This document shows, in pieces, positions 1 through 14,266 of a DNA stretch of 64,000 nucleotides. The translations under genes and the position numbers were made by a program. Where the stretch lies: contig NC_043019.1 of NCBI RefSeq assembly GCF_006345805.1, positions 8,059,360-8,123,359 on the forward strand, in the 5' to 3' direction. The notes under the pieces are model-generated. The model searched no databases. It was given only the letters and a program-made list of their open reading frames with translations, and was not told where the DNA came from. The first letter of the stretch is position 1. Every line of letters starts with the position of its first letter. Source of the stretch: Octopus sinensis. Its lineage: Eukaryota.

Positions 1-433
1 ATACTGCTAGTCTTTTTATATAATTCTTAATCATATGTAACTATAGAAATATTATTGGAATTTTGAAAATGTTGAATGGCTACAGAGATCCAGTAGAGAA
101 AAATAAGGAAGAAGAGGGCCAAGGTAAAAAAAAAAATGGTAGCTTTTGAATAGTTTCTTATCTCTTGTTGAAACTTATTTTAGAGAATATGACTAAAATT
201 GTTGCAACGTAGACAGATATGGTTCCAGATAACGGCCGAGATTTCTAGATGTGTGGCTTTTATTCTGATGATTGTAACATGAAAGTTATTTCTATTGACT
301 GAAGAGTTTTTGAAACTAAAAGAAAAACACAAAAGATAACGAGCATCAAGCACAGGTAGAACTCAGCCGAACGAAAAAAACAAAATACAAATCACAACTA
401 ATGTAGATGTCTGTTAGCGTACAAGACAGCAGC

Positions 434-465
<32 letters not shown>

Positions 466-669
466 AATCGACGGTTTTTAGACCATAGTTTTCATGTCAA
501 AATGAACAAATTTTCTTCTCAAACCGGTGTATGAGTATGTGTATGTAAAAACATGTGTGCATGTATATTGATATGTATGCGCGTGTACACACATAGATAC
601 ATTCACACACGCACACATATATATATACAGATATATATATATATATATGTATATATGTATATGCATGTG

Positions 670-777
<108 letters not shown>

Positions 778-1392
778 TACATACACACACATGCACATAC
801 ACACACATAGGAGAGAGAGAGAGAGATGGATAAATAGGTATTGATAAGCAGATGAAGGTACACACAGCCACAAGCTCACACATATAGATGTATGCACATA
901 TGGAAGTGTGTGTTTATATACGCTTGTCTGTGTGTCCATGGGTGCGCGTGCGTCTATATGTTCGTTCGTTCGTTCGTATGTGTGTTGCAAGTCACTTTCC
1001 CGGCACGATCCTGGTCTTGTTAATAATGAATAGGTCGGTGATGGTGATGTTGATAGCAAATGGTTCGCTGATGGTGAGAATGATACTGTTGGTGAAAATA
1101 ATCAGCACCGTCGCCATCATCATTATCATCATCATCATCATCATCATCGACAACAACTCCGTCGTCGTTGCCGTCATCATCATCATCATCATAATCATCA
1201 TCATCAATTAAAATATTGTTTGTCGCATTGCGAAAAACCTTTAAACTTGGCCGAGTGACAGGAGTGCGTTTACACACACACACAAACACATACATATATA
1301 CATACACACATAGACATACAGAACCGTGCATACATGCAAACATACATGCATATATAGATTCATATATAGTTATATAGATGCATATATACACG

Positions 1393-1432
<40 letters not shown>

Positions 1433-1521
1433 CGTATGTATGTATGTATATGGCAAGTATATATATGTTCATATATATATATATGTATGTATACATATAT
1501 GTATATATACATATATATATG

Positions 1522-1554
<33 letters not shown>

Positions 1555-2072
1555 AATATTATATATATGTGTGTGTGTGTGTATATATATATGTATGTAT
1601 GTATACACATATGTATATATATATACAACATATATATTAGTATATATATATATATACATATATATATGTATATATATATACATGTATAAGATTATGGTGT
1701 ATATATATATATATATTTATAAGTATCTGTTTTTACAAGACTTGTAGTTTTCTACATTAAAATTTTATGTAAGTATATATATGTGTGTGTATGTATATGT
1801 GTGCGCGTGTGTATGTATGTGTGTTTGTGAGTGTGTGTATGTTTGTGTGTGTGCAGCGTGTCTCTCTCTATCGCTCTCACCCTGACTCGCACTCCCACAC
1901 CTCTCTCATGCTTCTTTCCTTCTTTGCATCTCTCTCTTTTTACTCTCTCTCTCTCTCTATTTCTCTCTCTCTCTTTGTCTCCTGTCACTTTCTGCCGTGT
2001 GTATATATATACGCTTACCTACCTACATATAGTTATATATATATATATATATATATTATATTAAATATATAT

Positions 2073-2119
<47 letters not shown>

Positions 2120-2529
2120 TATACTGCTGTATGTATGTTATTTGTGTTGTCTTGGTTTTAGTGTATGTGTGTGTGTGCGTGTGTGTATGTACGTTAAATA
2201 CCTCTGCTAGCGAAAACTACTGCAGAAACTAACGAACTATAACACGGCCATAACTGTCGGTCAATCAATCTCTTTCATCGTCTTCCATCCTACCTGATTG
2301 TTGTCAGTATCGACGCAGCTTGACATCGCTTTGTTCTTTCCATCCACTCAAAAACTTCTCAGCAACATTTCCACTGAAGTAGTAAGCTAACTACTCCACT
2401 CCACTCTTCTTAAACTCTCACTCATTTTCTCCTTCTATCCCACGATCTCTTCCTCCATCTGCTTCTCCCTTTCGTTCTCTCTCTCTCTCTCTCTGTCTCT
2501 CTCTGTTTCTGTCTATATCTGTCTGTCTG

Positions 2530-2582
<53 letters not shown>

Positions 2583-2698
2583 TTTATGTTCATCATACCG
2601 TTCTCTTATATCCCGCACGGTTTCTTTTGTTTTTATTGTTTTTTCCTGAATATCATTCTCTCTTCTTAATAGTTTCTCACACATTCTCTCTATAAGTG

Positions 2699-2853
<155 letters not shown>

Positions 2854-2877
2854 GTGTGTGTGTGTGTGTGTAATGTG

Positions 2878-2916
<39 letters not shown>

Positions 2917-3029
2917 TATATATATACTTTATTTAAAAACAGCAGAATTCAACAAACCTGTTACTCGGAGTTTCACGTTCCCGTCCGTCGGACAGTTTTG
3001 TTAAAATATATATATATGAATATACATAC

Positions 3030-3083
<54 letters not shown>

Positions 3084-3753
3084 ATATGAGCATATATGTG
3101 TGTGTGTGTGTGTATATATGTATATGAGCATATGTGTGTGTGTGCATATATACATGAATTTTAGCACAAGGCCAGCAATTTTGAGAGAGAGTCAAGTCAA
3201 TTTCATCGAACCTGAAGATATGGAAAGTAAAGTCGACCTCGAGAGATTTATGATCCAGCAACCATAATTTGTAATCCTGTACATGCTGACACATTTTAAT
3301 ATATAATGCTGTGGCGAAGAAATAAGTTAGAAATGGATTCAAAAGTTCTTCGCTGCACATTTCGAATTAATTATAGTTTTTTAACGCCATTTTTACGCTA
3401 GATATTAGAATATCATTTTGTCTAGGTGAAACACTGGTGAAATAACTTCGTATATTAAACAACTTCGTTTATATACATAAACTGTATTGTACAGCATAGC
3501 TGTTATGATTCTAGAGAAATGTAAGCGCACTTCAATCTGGAAATACAGATAAGGCCTTGCTGAAAAAAGAGCGATTTCAAAGCGCTCCAGCGTTCAGGTA
3601 TCTACTCGTAAAGCGGTACTGAACTCATCACCTTAGGGTTAAAAAGCAAGATTTTTAGCAGCAAACAAACCATCATCAATACGTGCATACGGAGGGGTAT
3701 AAATAAGTACAAGTATTTTTACTCACCACTCCCTCTCTCTCTCTCTGTATATA

Positions 3754-3866
<113 letters not shown>

Positions 3867-3936
3867 GTGTGTATATATATATAAACAGCATGTGCGTATA
3901 CTTTTGTGCTCTTCTTACATTATCAAGATTATTTTG

Positions 3937-4312
3937 ACTCTTATTTCTAGCCATGTAGCTGCTGCGGCTCTTCAGTCACAGGTTGTGACGATTGAATTTT
4001 TCCTTTATGATATCACATTGCGCCTAACTGTTTATATTAATTTGTTTTTATACGCATTAGTATTTCGCTAAATGATCCATAAATTTTTATTGTCAATACA
4101 TATATTCGGAAAGGTGGACTTGCCCGAACGTCTGCCGTTCGAGCAGACTTCACTGACGATGCCTACGTAATGGGCAAAACTAGGCGTCTAGTCTGGGTTT
4201 TTCGAGTCAGCCATGGGGTGGCTACCTCCCCTTTCATCGTATGTGTATGCATCTGCCCTCTTCGTACAGCATTAAGAGGATTTTAACTCTTATTTCTAGA
4301 AATGTAGGTGCT
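3937..4312 (+). mobile_element. ~350-bp retrozyme-like or PLE pLTR-like unit bounded by direct repeats and containing a hammerhead motif
   Basis: Direct repeat ACTCTTATTTCTAG(cc/aa)ATGTAG(c/g)TGCT at 3937-3963 and 4286-4312 (period 349 bp). Hammerhead-like motif at 4144-4195 and a hairpin at 4121-4145 lie inside. Confidence 0.45.
4144..4195 (+). ncRNA. Type I hammerhead ribozyme motif, G12 mutated
   Basis: cagact-tca-CTGACGA-tGCC(tacgtaatg)GGC-aAAAC(taggc)GTC-t-agtctg. Stem I is cagact/agtctg, stem II gcc/ggc, stem III ac/gt, GUC triplet. AAAAC replaces GAAAC. Confidence 0.6.
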
Positions 4313-5148
4313 TAGCCACCCACACACTATGTATGTGTGTTTATGTATTTGTGTGTGTGTGTGTGTTTGTGTGTCTATGTGTATAAGAATGTACATTATA
4401 CTGCGATATACAAACACTCTTGGAGAAGTTCACACTTATATCACGTCTTCACTTCGTTCAACTTGTCAGACATCTGTAGTAAATGCGTTTGTCTTGTAAT
4501 TAATTGAACCACAATGGAAGCCGTCGGTTCTAAGTTAAGCTTTTTCCATTTCTTTCATTCTTTCTTTGATCTACATCTATTTAATTCTATTCTTATTTTT
4601 CTCTCTTTCTCCCTCGCTACAGTATATATTCCCTAGCGTCTCGCACTCTCCTCATATACATATACATATATGTACATATATATATATTATATATATATAT
4701 TATATATATATAATATATATAATATATATATATATTTATGTATATATATATGTACATACATATATATATATACATACACGCATACACATTGATATATGCA
4801 TGCATATATAAATACATACACACACACATACTCACACACACACATACACACACACATATATATGTGTATATATATATTTATATCATACTTATATTTGTGT
4901 ATGCGTGTGTATACGTGTATGCAGTTGTAGGAGGGAAATGGTACAGACACACACTCACAGTCGAAGGGACACAAACGCACAGAGATATAAATATTTAAAG
5001 GTGGTTTATTATTTCAAATTAAATTTGAGATTTGCAAACGATCATCTACTGATTGGGTCCTCAATACAGAAAATGGAATTAGTGGAATAAATCTTAATAA
5101 TATATATTTCCGTTTCTGCTGATAAATAAATGGATATGTACAGACATG

Positions 5149-5180
<32 letters not shown>

Positions 5181-5207
5181 AAATTTGCATACATATACAG
5201 ATAGCTT

Positions 5208-5246
<39 letters not shown>

Positions 5247-5316
5247 ATATTCATGTGTGTGTAATATACATATATGTATATATATTTATGCATATGCATA
5301 CACTTACACATATATG

Positions 5317-5367
<51 letters not shown>

Positions 5368-5471
5368 AATGCATATATAAATATTGATGGATAGATACAT
5401 AAAGCGATTGATTGAATGATTGATACATATCTACACACACACGCGAACACATTCATATATATATATATATA

Positions 5472-5509
<38 letters not shown>

Positions 5510-6121
5510 GGGGGGGAGAGACACATAAATACCCAGTCATCCCTTTAGATATTTATGTTTTGTGCTGATTTGGCTAATTTTCCCTCTCTTTGACTTTGCA
5601 CACATGTTGAAAATGGCGAAGTTTTGGCGAAGCAATCTTCCAGTAAATGACTTCGATTCACTCTGTTATTTGCCGTTTCTTCTTCCCAGCCTCACTCCTC
5701 TTCCTCTTCCTCCTTCTCTTGTTCTTCTTTTAACCCATTCGTTTCTTCTTTTACTTCTTTCTTCTTTGTTCCTGCCGAACCATTGTTGATTTCTTGTCTG
5801 TCTACGCTTTTCTCCGTTTTTTTTATTTTTCTTTTCAACTTTCTCATTAGTAGTTTCACTTCGTAATGTTCTTATTCTTCAAATACCGCCATGATGAAGA
5901 AGAAAGAAAAGAAAAAAACTGGCGGTGACGTACCTAGCTACAAAAACCTCTTTTATACAAGAAAACAAAAGCGACATACGCTCGCGTTCAATGGGACTAA
6001 TGTATGGAGTCTGTTGAAAGAAAAACACAATTAACCAAAACATATATATGTGTGCGTGATTGTGTACGTATGTACGTGTATATGTGTGTGTGTATACATA
6101 TGCATACATACATACATACAT

Positions 6122-6170
<49 letters not shown>

Positions 6171-6499
6171 CTAGCAGTATCGCCCGGCGTTGCTCAGGTT
6201 TGTAAGGGAAATAACTATAAAGCATTTTTAGAGAGTTATAGCAAAAAAATGGAAAAAAATGATGGTAAATTATCCGGTTTGTGTTTCTGATTCTCGACCC
6301 CATGTCGAATTTATCGATTTTTTTCAGAACTGGGGGAACTTTTCAAAATTTTCGCTGCGTTAGTTTTGAATTATGACATTGGGCTATGTGTGTGTCAAGT
6401 TTCATCAGAATCGGTTGAAAGCTGTGGTCAGGGTGAGGGTACAAGCAAACAGACACACAGAAACACGCACAGACAAACTGCCGTTTATATATAGAGAGA
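6171..6499 (-). mobile_element. Non-autonomous Helitron, 329 bp (copy 1)
   Basis: Minus strand starts A|TCTCTCTATATATAAACGGCAG and ends with a GC-rich hairpin (CCTGAGCAACGCCGGG) followed by CGATACTG-CTAG|T. These are canonical Helitron 5'-TC, 3'-hairpin-CTAG termini at an A|T target. Confidence 0.8.
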
Positions 6500-6610
6500 T
6501 ATATATATAGGTATATATACATTCATGAATACAGACATATACATGTACACATACACATACATAAATACATACGTATATATAAAGAGAAAGAAAGAGAGAG
6601 AGAGAGAGAA

Positions 6611-6651
<41 letters not shown>

Positions 6652-7253
6652 AGAGACACATAAATACCCAGTCATCCCTTTAGATATTTATGTTTTGTGC
6701 TGATTTGGCTAATTTTCCCTCTCTTTGACTTTGCACACATGTTGAAAATGGCGAAGTTTTGGCGAAGCAATCTTCCAGTAAATGACTTCGATTCACTCTG
6801 TTATTTGCCGTTTCTTCTTCCCAGCCTCACTCCTCTTCCTCTTCCTCCTTCTCTTGTTCTTCTTTTAACCCATTCGTTTCTTCTTTTACTTCTTTCTTCT
6901 TTGTTCCTGCCGAACCATTGTTGATTTCTTGTCTGTCTACGCTTTTCTCCGTTTTTTTTATTTTTCTTTTCAACTTTCTCATTAGTAGTTTCACTTCGTA
7001 ATGTTCTTATTCTTCAAATACCGCCATGATGAAGAGAAAGAAAAGAAAAAAACTGGCGGTGACGTACCTAGCTACAAAAACCTCTTTTATACAAGAAAAC
7101 AAAAGCGACATACGCTCGCGTTCAATGGGACTAATGTATGGAGTCTGTTGAAAGAAAAACACAATTAACCAAAACATATATATGTGTGCGTGATTGTGTA
7201 CGTATGTACGTGTATATGTGTGTGTGTGTATACATATGCATACATACATACAT

Positions 7254-7302
<49 letters not shown>

Positions 7303-7631
7303 CTAGCAGTATCGCCCGGCGTTGCTCAGGTTTGTAAGGGAAATAACTATAAAGCATTTTTAGAGAGTTATAGCAAAAAAATGGAAAAAAATGATGGTAA
7401 ATTATCCGGTTTGTGTTTCTGATTCTCGACCCCATGTCGAATTTATCGATTTTTTTCAGAACTGGGGGAACTTTTCAAAATTTTCGCTGCGTTAGTTTTG
7501 AATTATGACATTGGGCTATGTGTGTGTCAAGTTTCATCAGAATCGGTTGAAAGCTGTGGTCAGGGTGAGGGTACAAGCAAACAGACACACAGAAACACGC
7601 ACAGACAAACTGCCGTTTATATATAGAGAGA
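7303..7631 (-). mobile_element. Non-autonomous Helitron, 329 bp (copy 2, within the duplication)
   Basis: Same termini and essentially identical sequence to 6171-6499. Confidence 0.8.
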
Positions 7632-8464
7632 TATATATATAGGTATATATACATTCATGAATACAGACATATACATGTACACATACACATACATACGTAT
7701 ATATAAAGAGAAAGAAAGAGAGAGAGAGAGAAATATATATATAGAGATGTATGTATATTTTTCTGTGCGGTTATGCACATATGTGTTAGTTAATATTCGT
7801 GTCTATATGTATGTACATACATTGATTGAATAAAATGCAAAAAAATCCTATAAAGGAATCGGTATAAAGAGAAATGAGACAGCTAGAGTAGCAAGACGTT
7901 CAAATGTCTCACACAGGGTTCGAAACCATCATAAAAACTCACCCGCAAAAAAAACATATTTTAACGAGAATCAGCATTCATAATAATATTTATCTTAGAG
8001 TTTTGTACAAGAATAGCAAGTTTAAGTAAAGACTGTATGACGATATCCAATGACTGTTTTCCTTGACAGGTATTTTATCCACCACAAAAGGTGGATTTTG
8101 AATTCAAAGTATGAAGAGCCGAAAGTTGTTCTGAGTGAATTATTTGCGACACCCTTTCGATTTCGCTACGCTGCCTGCCTTGCTGTATTCGTATCTGTTT
8201 TTGTCAAATGGATAGTAACTCTGAGGGAAAGATTTTAGACGGTGCCACTGTTTCACTGGCACGGAATTTTAACGATTACGAACAGATAAATGTCAAATTT
8301 GATTTGAATTTTTACCGGAAATATAAAGAGCACTGGTGATATAATGCAAAGCATGTTTCTAACATTTCTGTCAAGAAGGAGCGTCGATGGAGCTGTCTTT
8401 TGTCCGTCGAATAATCTAGAAGTACGTTTTTTATATAAATCAGAGGCAACACTAGAAGTTACGT

Positions 8465-8513
8465 CGTTTCGTATACGAATGCGATATACATAGATCCATT
8501 CGTATACGAAACG
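8465..8513. other. Perfect 17-bp inverted repeat (hairpin)
   Basis: CGTTTCGTATACGAATG (8465-8481) and CATTCGTATACGAAACG (8497-8513). The stem extends imperfectly to about 8459-8519. Confidence 0.9.
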
Positions 8514-9432
8514 CTGTAAGTTGCATTGCTGTCTCTGAACTAAATAAAACATTTATAGCGATAAAGTAAAACATTAGAATATCGCATTGCTAACACAAAA
8601 TGGGGGAGTCACAATATTGACTAAACATTTAAAATACTTGGGAATATATTATGATTTAAAAGCAATATATTGTATACTTACCAGCAATTAGAACATACAT
8701 AACAGTTGCCAATAAGTAAATTGGTCCAACCAATTGAGTTGCACTGGTAAAAGTTTGGAGTATTTAAGTAATGCGTTTGTGGACATCTAATGGGTTGAAT
8801 ATGGTACTGACGAAAAGTCAATAAGTCATGAAATGTGAATAGTCACCCATTACTTATATTTGCAATCTTCATTCGCATTGTTTATATAGACGTATTGGTA
8901 TTTGAAACGTCGGATCCTGCAGTGCTGGCTTTGGATTCTATAGAAAATCCACAGAGGTACACATGATCTAAAGTTGCCACATATAATAATATCCCAATTG
9001 AGAAAAGCCAACTTACATTAGTGAATATATAAGGGAAGTGCAGAAGGAATTTTTATGAAGCAGAACATTTTTTTAGTACAGCTGGAACCTTTTAATCGAA
9101 TAAACAAATGTTCGTATTCTACTTTATAAGTAGACAGACGATGGGACGAATAACCTCGTCAATATGAGTTCTGCTTGAGTCTCTCTTTTCAGGCCAAAAG
9201 GCCAAACACGCGCCTTCACCTTTCGAACGAAAAATAAAGTTTATATTTGATATATTAACTATAAATAAGAACTTCAATAACTCGGCACGTTCGCTTTGCA
9301 TAAATAGCTCTTTGATTGTTGCAGGATCAATTACTCTATAACTGATATAATAAGCAACATATTACGAATAATATAAATATAATGCATACATACTCTATCA
9401 AACTGCTGCAAGTATTTTCTTTCTTCCTCTCT

Positions 9433-9471
<39 letters not shown>

Positions 9472-9921
9472 CTTTTCAGGATGGTCGATGCAGTAAGAAA
9501 TCGAATAAACAGGAAATATAAAAACAAAAACAAATGTACGTTTCTGCGTACTGAGAAAGTTGGAAAAAGGATTTATTGTCCGTTTGTAGAGCAAATAAAT
9601 TATAACCGTTTAGCCGAACATTATTTCTGCTTTCGTTGGGGCTGATAACGTTGAATTTATATAAAGATGGATTCAACACTCACAAAACATGAAACGGTAT
9701 TCATGTTCTGGCTGTTTTCTTATTGTCCGCAATAATTGGGTTACTCAATATTTTTCTTTGTATCTTATTCAACGTACAAACACATATTCATGTACAAACA
9801 CACACACACACACACGCAAGCATGCACACACGTACACACAAATACACACACATGTATGTATGTGTATGTGTATATATATATGTGTGTGTATATATGTATA
9901 TTATATATGTATATATGTATG

Positions 9922-10043
<122 letters not shown>

Positions 10044-10044
10044 C

Positions 10045-10385
10045 ACAAGAGTGGTGTGTGGTAAGTAGCTTGCTTACGAACCACATGGTTCTGGGTTCAG
10101 TCCCGCTGCACGGCACCTTGTGCAAGTGTCTTCTACTATAGCCTCGAGTCGACCAAATCAATGTGAGTGGATTTGGTAGATGGAAACTAAACGAAGCCCG
10201 TCGTATATATATATGTGTGTGTGTGTATGGTATGTATGTGTGTGTGTGTCTGTGTTTGTCCCCCAAACATCACTTGACAACCGATGCTGGTGTGTTTACG
10301 AACCTGTAACTTATCGGATCGGCAAAAAGACGGTGATCCAGCTTGGTCGCAGTCAAATAACTGAAACAAGAAAAAGAATGAAAGA
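10045..10385 (+). mobile_element. tRNA-derived SINE, family A, internally deleted
   Basis: Head gtgtggtaagtagcttgctt...gggttcagtccc, central ccttg(t/g)gcaagtgtctt domain and tail gcagtcaaat(a/g)actgaaacaag all match 12061-12469. Confidence 0.85.
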
Positions 10386-10440
10386 ATGAAAAAAAGAAAT
10401 AAGCGTCGGAAAATGGAAGATACGAGAATTTTTATTATTA

Positions 10441-10554
10441 ATCACGACAATTGTTTCGACACATCTAGCACTGAACACCCCCCGCCCCATGTCTGGGATA
10501 CTTTATAAATGATTCAGGAGTATCCGCTGATGCAGATGTGTCTTATCTGGCTAT
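10441..10554 (-). ncRNA. Degenerate hammerhead ribozyme with extended stem II (PLE-type)
   Basis: Minus strand reads atagc-CAGATAA-GACACATCT...AGATGTGTC-GAAAC(aatt)GTC-gtgat. Stem II is 9 bp with a nested ggatact/agtatcc hairpin. The core has two substitutions relative to CTGATGA. Confidence 0.5.
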
Positions 10555-12060
10555 AAATAAATACAATTCATTAAAATGACAGTTCCGTAATGCATCTCCT
10601 CATTTCATAGAAAGAAAAACAGCAGAATGAAGGAAATATCTTCATTTATATAGAAGATCAAAAATATAATCACAGAAGCAAAAAAGAAACAAATACATGC
10701 AATACAGCAAGAAAAGCATGTGTGTGTGTGTGTGTGTGTATACAATCACATACATTTATTTGTATATGTAACTTTTATTGTTTCTCGTAGCTGAGATAAC
10801 GCGCCATTAGCGCCACCGGCTAAGTGCGTACGTCTTCTTCGTTTTCTTGTTAAGCACATTACTGCCAAGAACTGGTAATAAAGTGATGACAAAATCTGAT
10901 ACTGATAGCTTTTGTATGGATAATTAACTAATTAAATAAAGCAGCCATAAGTAACCCTAACAGATGGCAAGGGTCATACAGGGTTCATGCTTAATATATA
11001 TTATATTATAATTCCTTTGGATCAGAGCTTAGACAAGTCTAGTAATAACATTATCAGTAAATGAACGCAAACCGTGATGCTTAACTACGGAACAATTAAT
11101 ATTCTCTAATAACATCTTCACGTTTTCTACAGGATACTGTTTCATTAACTGGCTGATGGAAGAAAAAAAGAAAGAAAGAGAAAGAGTGAGAGAGAAATGG
11201 AAGAAAAGAAAGGGGGAGAGACAGAGATGGAAAGAGACAGACAGAGGAAATGAGAGGATAGTGAGGAAGAGAGCAGACGGAGAGAAGGAGGCAGGGAATG
11301 AAAGCTGTTCTACTTCAGCTTAGCTCATCGTTAAAGCCTACCTTTCCATATTTATCTTCGCATTTCCAAAGAAGATTTGTTAAAGTACAAGAAATTAGCT
11401 TAGTTAATGTCTCTGAGTTTCTCTATTTCCGTTGCGTCTTATTTTTCTCTATCTTCCATCTATAGAATATACTGTTAGGAAGTCTCCACTACGTGTTGTT
11501 GTATTCTGACCAAGCTTTTTTCAATGTCGAATATAGCAATGCTTTATGCATGAATGTAGAATGGCATAATTCTTTTCAGCAAGTGCAGCTTGCTGGCGAA
11601 AATGTTTCTCTGTAAATTTTGAGAATATTGTGTATTTCTTATTCCAAAATTCTTTAAGTCTCAACTTGCAGCCAATCGAAGGAATCTTACCTAGCTTTTT
11701 TTTTTTTTTTTTTGTAGAGCTGATATAGGTCTTGGTTCACTTCGAAATTCCACAAGAATTTCTCTCGATAGTTCCACGATCTACGATAGCTGACTTCGCG
11801 TTCCTTCGTTGTCATGGTGTATCTAAGGTAATTTTCCTACGTGGCTTCTTTTTCACTATTTGGCTGCTGCTATGATCATTTCAAAATAGTTTAGTTCTTT
11901 GCATTTGCTCAAAAAGGAAAACCATTTATTTTACCAGGCTTCTATTAATACCAATATTTATAGGGGATAGTAGTCATTTTACGGGGGAATGAATAGTCTT
12001 CTTAGCAAAGGAGTCTATATATAATGCTATGAAACATGTATGTTCTCGTATATATATATA

Positions 12061-12469
12061 GGCACAGGAGTGACTTTGTGGTAAGTAGCTTGCTGACCAA
12101 CCACATGGTTCCGGGTTCAGTCCCACTGCGTGGCATCTTGGGCAAGTGTCTTCTGCTATAGGCCCAGGCCGACCAATGCCTTGTGAGCGGATTTGGTAGA
12201 CGGAAACAGAAGGAAGCCTGTCGTATATATGTATATATATATGCGCATGTGTGTGTGTTTGCGTGTCTGTGTTTGTCCCCCTAGCATTGCTTGACAACCG
12301 ATGCTGGTGTGTTTACGTCCCCGTCACTAAGCGGTTCGGCAAAAGAGACCGATAGAATAAGTACTGGGCTTACATTGAATAAGTCCCGGGGTCGAGTTGC
12401 TCGACTAAAGGCGGTGCTCCAGCATGGCCGCAGTCAAATGACTGAAACAAGTAGAAGAGTAAAAGAGTA
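12061..12469 (+). mobile_element. tRNA-derived SINE, family A, full length
   Basis: A-box/B-box-like head (tggtaagtagc; ggttcagtccc), central domain, internal (TA)/(TG) tract and tail ctaaaggcggtgctccagcatggccgcagtcaaatgactgaaacaag. Inserted in (TA)n. Confidence 0.92.
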
Positions 12470-13335
12470 TATATATGTATGTATGTATATATGGATGGCT
12501 GGATGGATGCGATAGATCAATTGGCACCGTTTTATGTTTTTAATTTCGGGCATGCGCATTGTTGTTTTGTTTTTTTTCTCGACTACACAGTATAGGGAGG
12601 TCAGTTTTTTCGTCTGAGAAAAACCAAAGCATGTTCGATTGGAGGAGATGCTTGAGTTTGTTGAAAAGCTTCGCAGACATATATATATATATGTCCTGGG
12701 TATGACAATCAGCTGCACCCAGTGGCAAGGCCCCAGTTCGGGAGTCCAGGAGCTGTGGAGAATGTGGAGTTACCCCTTAGTTATCAACACTTGCAAGTCT
12801 ATCTGGTCTGGAATAGTAGTACGTGTTAGGACCCCATTTATGAGTTAAATAATTACCTTACACGAGTGACGCCGTTGAGGTATTATCAGACACTGATAAG
12901 AACCATGGAGAGTATACTTAAGAGCACTAGGGGTAGAGCCCCAAATCTCGGGGTTTACCCGCTCTAGATAGATAGATAGATGAATAGATAGAGAGATAGA
13001 TAGATATACCGAAAGAAGAGAATGAAATATATTTTGGTATTAAGAAGACACAGTTTGGATTTTAACCCCGTCCAGATATATGTATGTGTGTGGATGTATC
13101 TGCTTGTATCTGTGTATATTTGTGTATTTTTATTAATCAAAATGGATGTGTGCATGTCTCACCCATCATGTATGATTTAACTTTCCAATTCATGTGTTTG
13201 TGGTAGTGTTATATCTTTTATATATGAACAGGCGAGGTTTCACGTGTGTGTAAGAGAGAGATAGGAGAACAGAGCAAATGAGTTAATAGATGACAGCGAG
13301 TGAGAGTTTATGAGAGAAGCGAGAGATATATAGAA

Positions 13336-13383
<48 letters not shown>

Positions 13384-14161
13384 GGAACATAGCGAGTTGA
13401 GATTTCTAAGCTGGAGTGATATCTGTCTTGTTAAGGCTTCCATAGTGTAATACACCCCGGCTTCTCTGTTCTATATCAGATAACCCTATATATCAGTCAG
13501 GAAGCCTTACATAAGGCGAGCGGTTCCTGTAAAAAGAAAACGAAAATGTTATGATTATAGAAACTTAGGCATGTGAATACAAACGGATCCAGAGCTGCTC
13601 TTACGAAAAGGCACAGAGACAGCGAATGATATATATATATATATATATACACTCACACACACATATATATATTTGTATATATATATATATGCATATATGT
13701 ATATATATACATATATGCACACACATAATATATACATACATACATGCATACATATATATCTGTTCTGTGTGTGTCTGTACGTGCGTTTCAGCGTGTATTT
13801 TCGTGTATGTGTGTGTGTGTGTGTGTATGCACGTGTGAGAGTGTGTGTCTCTATGCATACATTTGCATGTGTGCGTGTGTGTGTGTGTGCGAGCGTGTTT
13901 GCATACATTTTATATACGTTTTCACACACACACATGCACGCACACAATCACACACACACACACACACATATTCATGTAAATGGAAAGGTATATAATATAC
14001 ATGCACTGCACAAGCACACACAAATACACACACTCGCACACTCTCGCACGCACACACACACGCTTGTATACATGGATACATATATGTGTATGTGTGTATA
14101 TATATATATATATATATGTGTGTGTATATATATATATAATATATATATGTATATATATATA

Positions 14162-14214
<53 letters not shown>

Positions 14215-14216
14215 TA

Positions 14217-14266
<50 letters not shown>

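Larger units (their letters stand above)
5490..7746. repeat. Tandem duplication, two copies of a ~1.13-kb unit (~5490-6624 and ~6625-7746)
   Basis: Near-identical text at offset 1135 (5562 vs 6697) to 1132 (6171 vs 7303). Junctions fall in (GA)n/(TA)n tracts. Confidence 0.95.

Noticed and set aside
260-330. CTGATGA...GAAA and CTGAAGA...GAAAC strings
   Set aside because: No convincing stem II or stem I, so chance matches in AT-rich DNA.
3937-3980. Second, minus-strand hammerhead in the retrozyme-like unit (CTGAAGA-gcc...ggc-taGAAA)
   Set aside because: Extra bases before GAAA and no stem I pairing.
11340-11830. Minus-strand spliced ORF (MTTKEREVSY...) resembling a Myb/MADF transposon protein
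   Set aside because: Stops in all frames and a poly-A run; the similarity is too vague to call.
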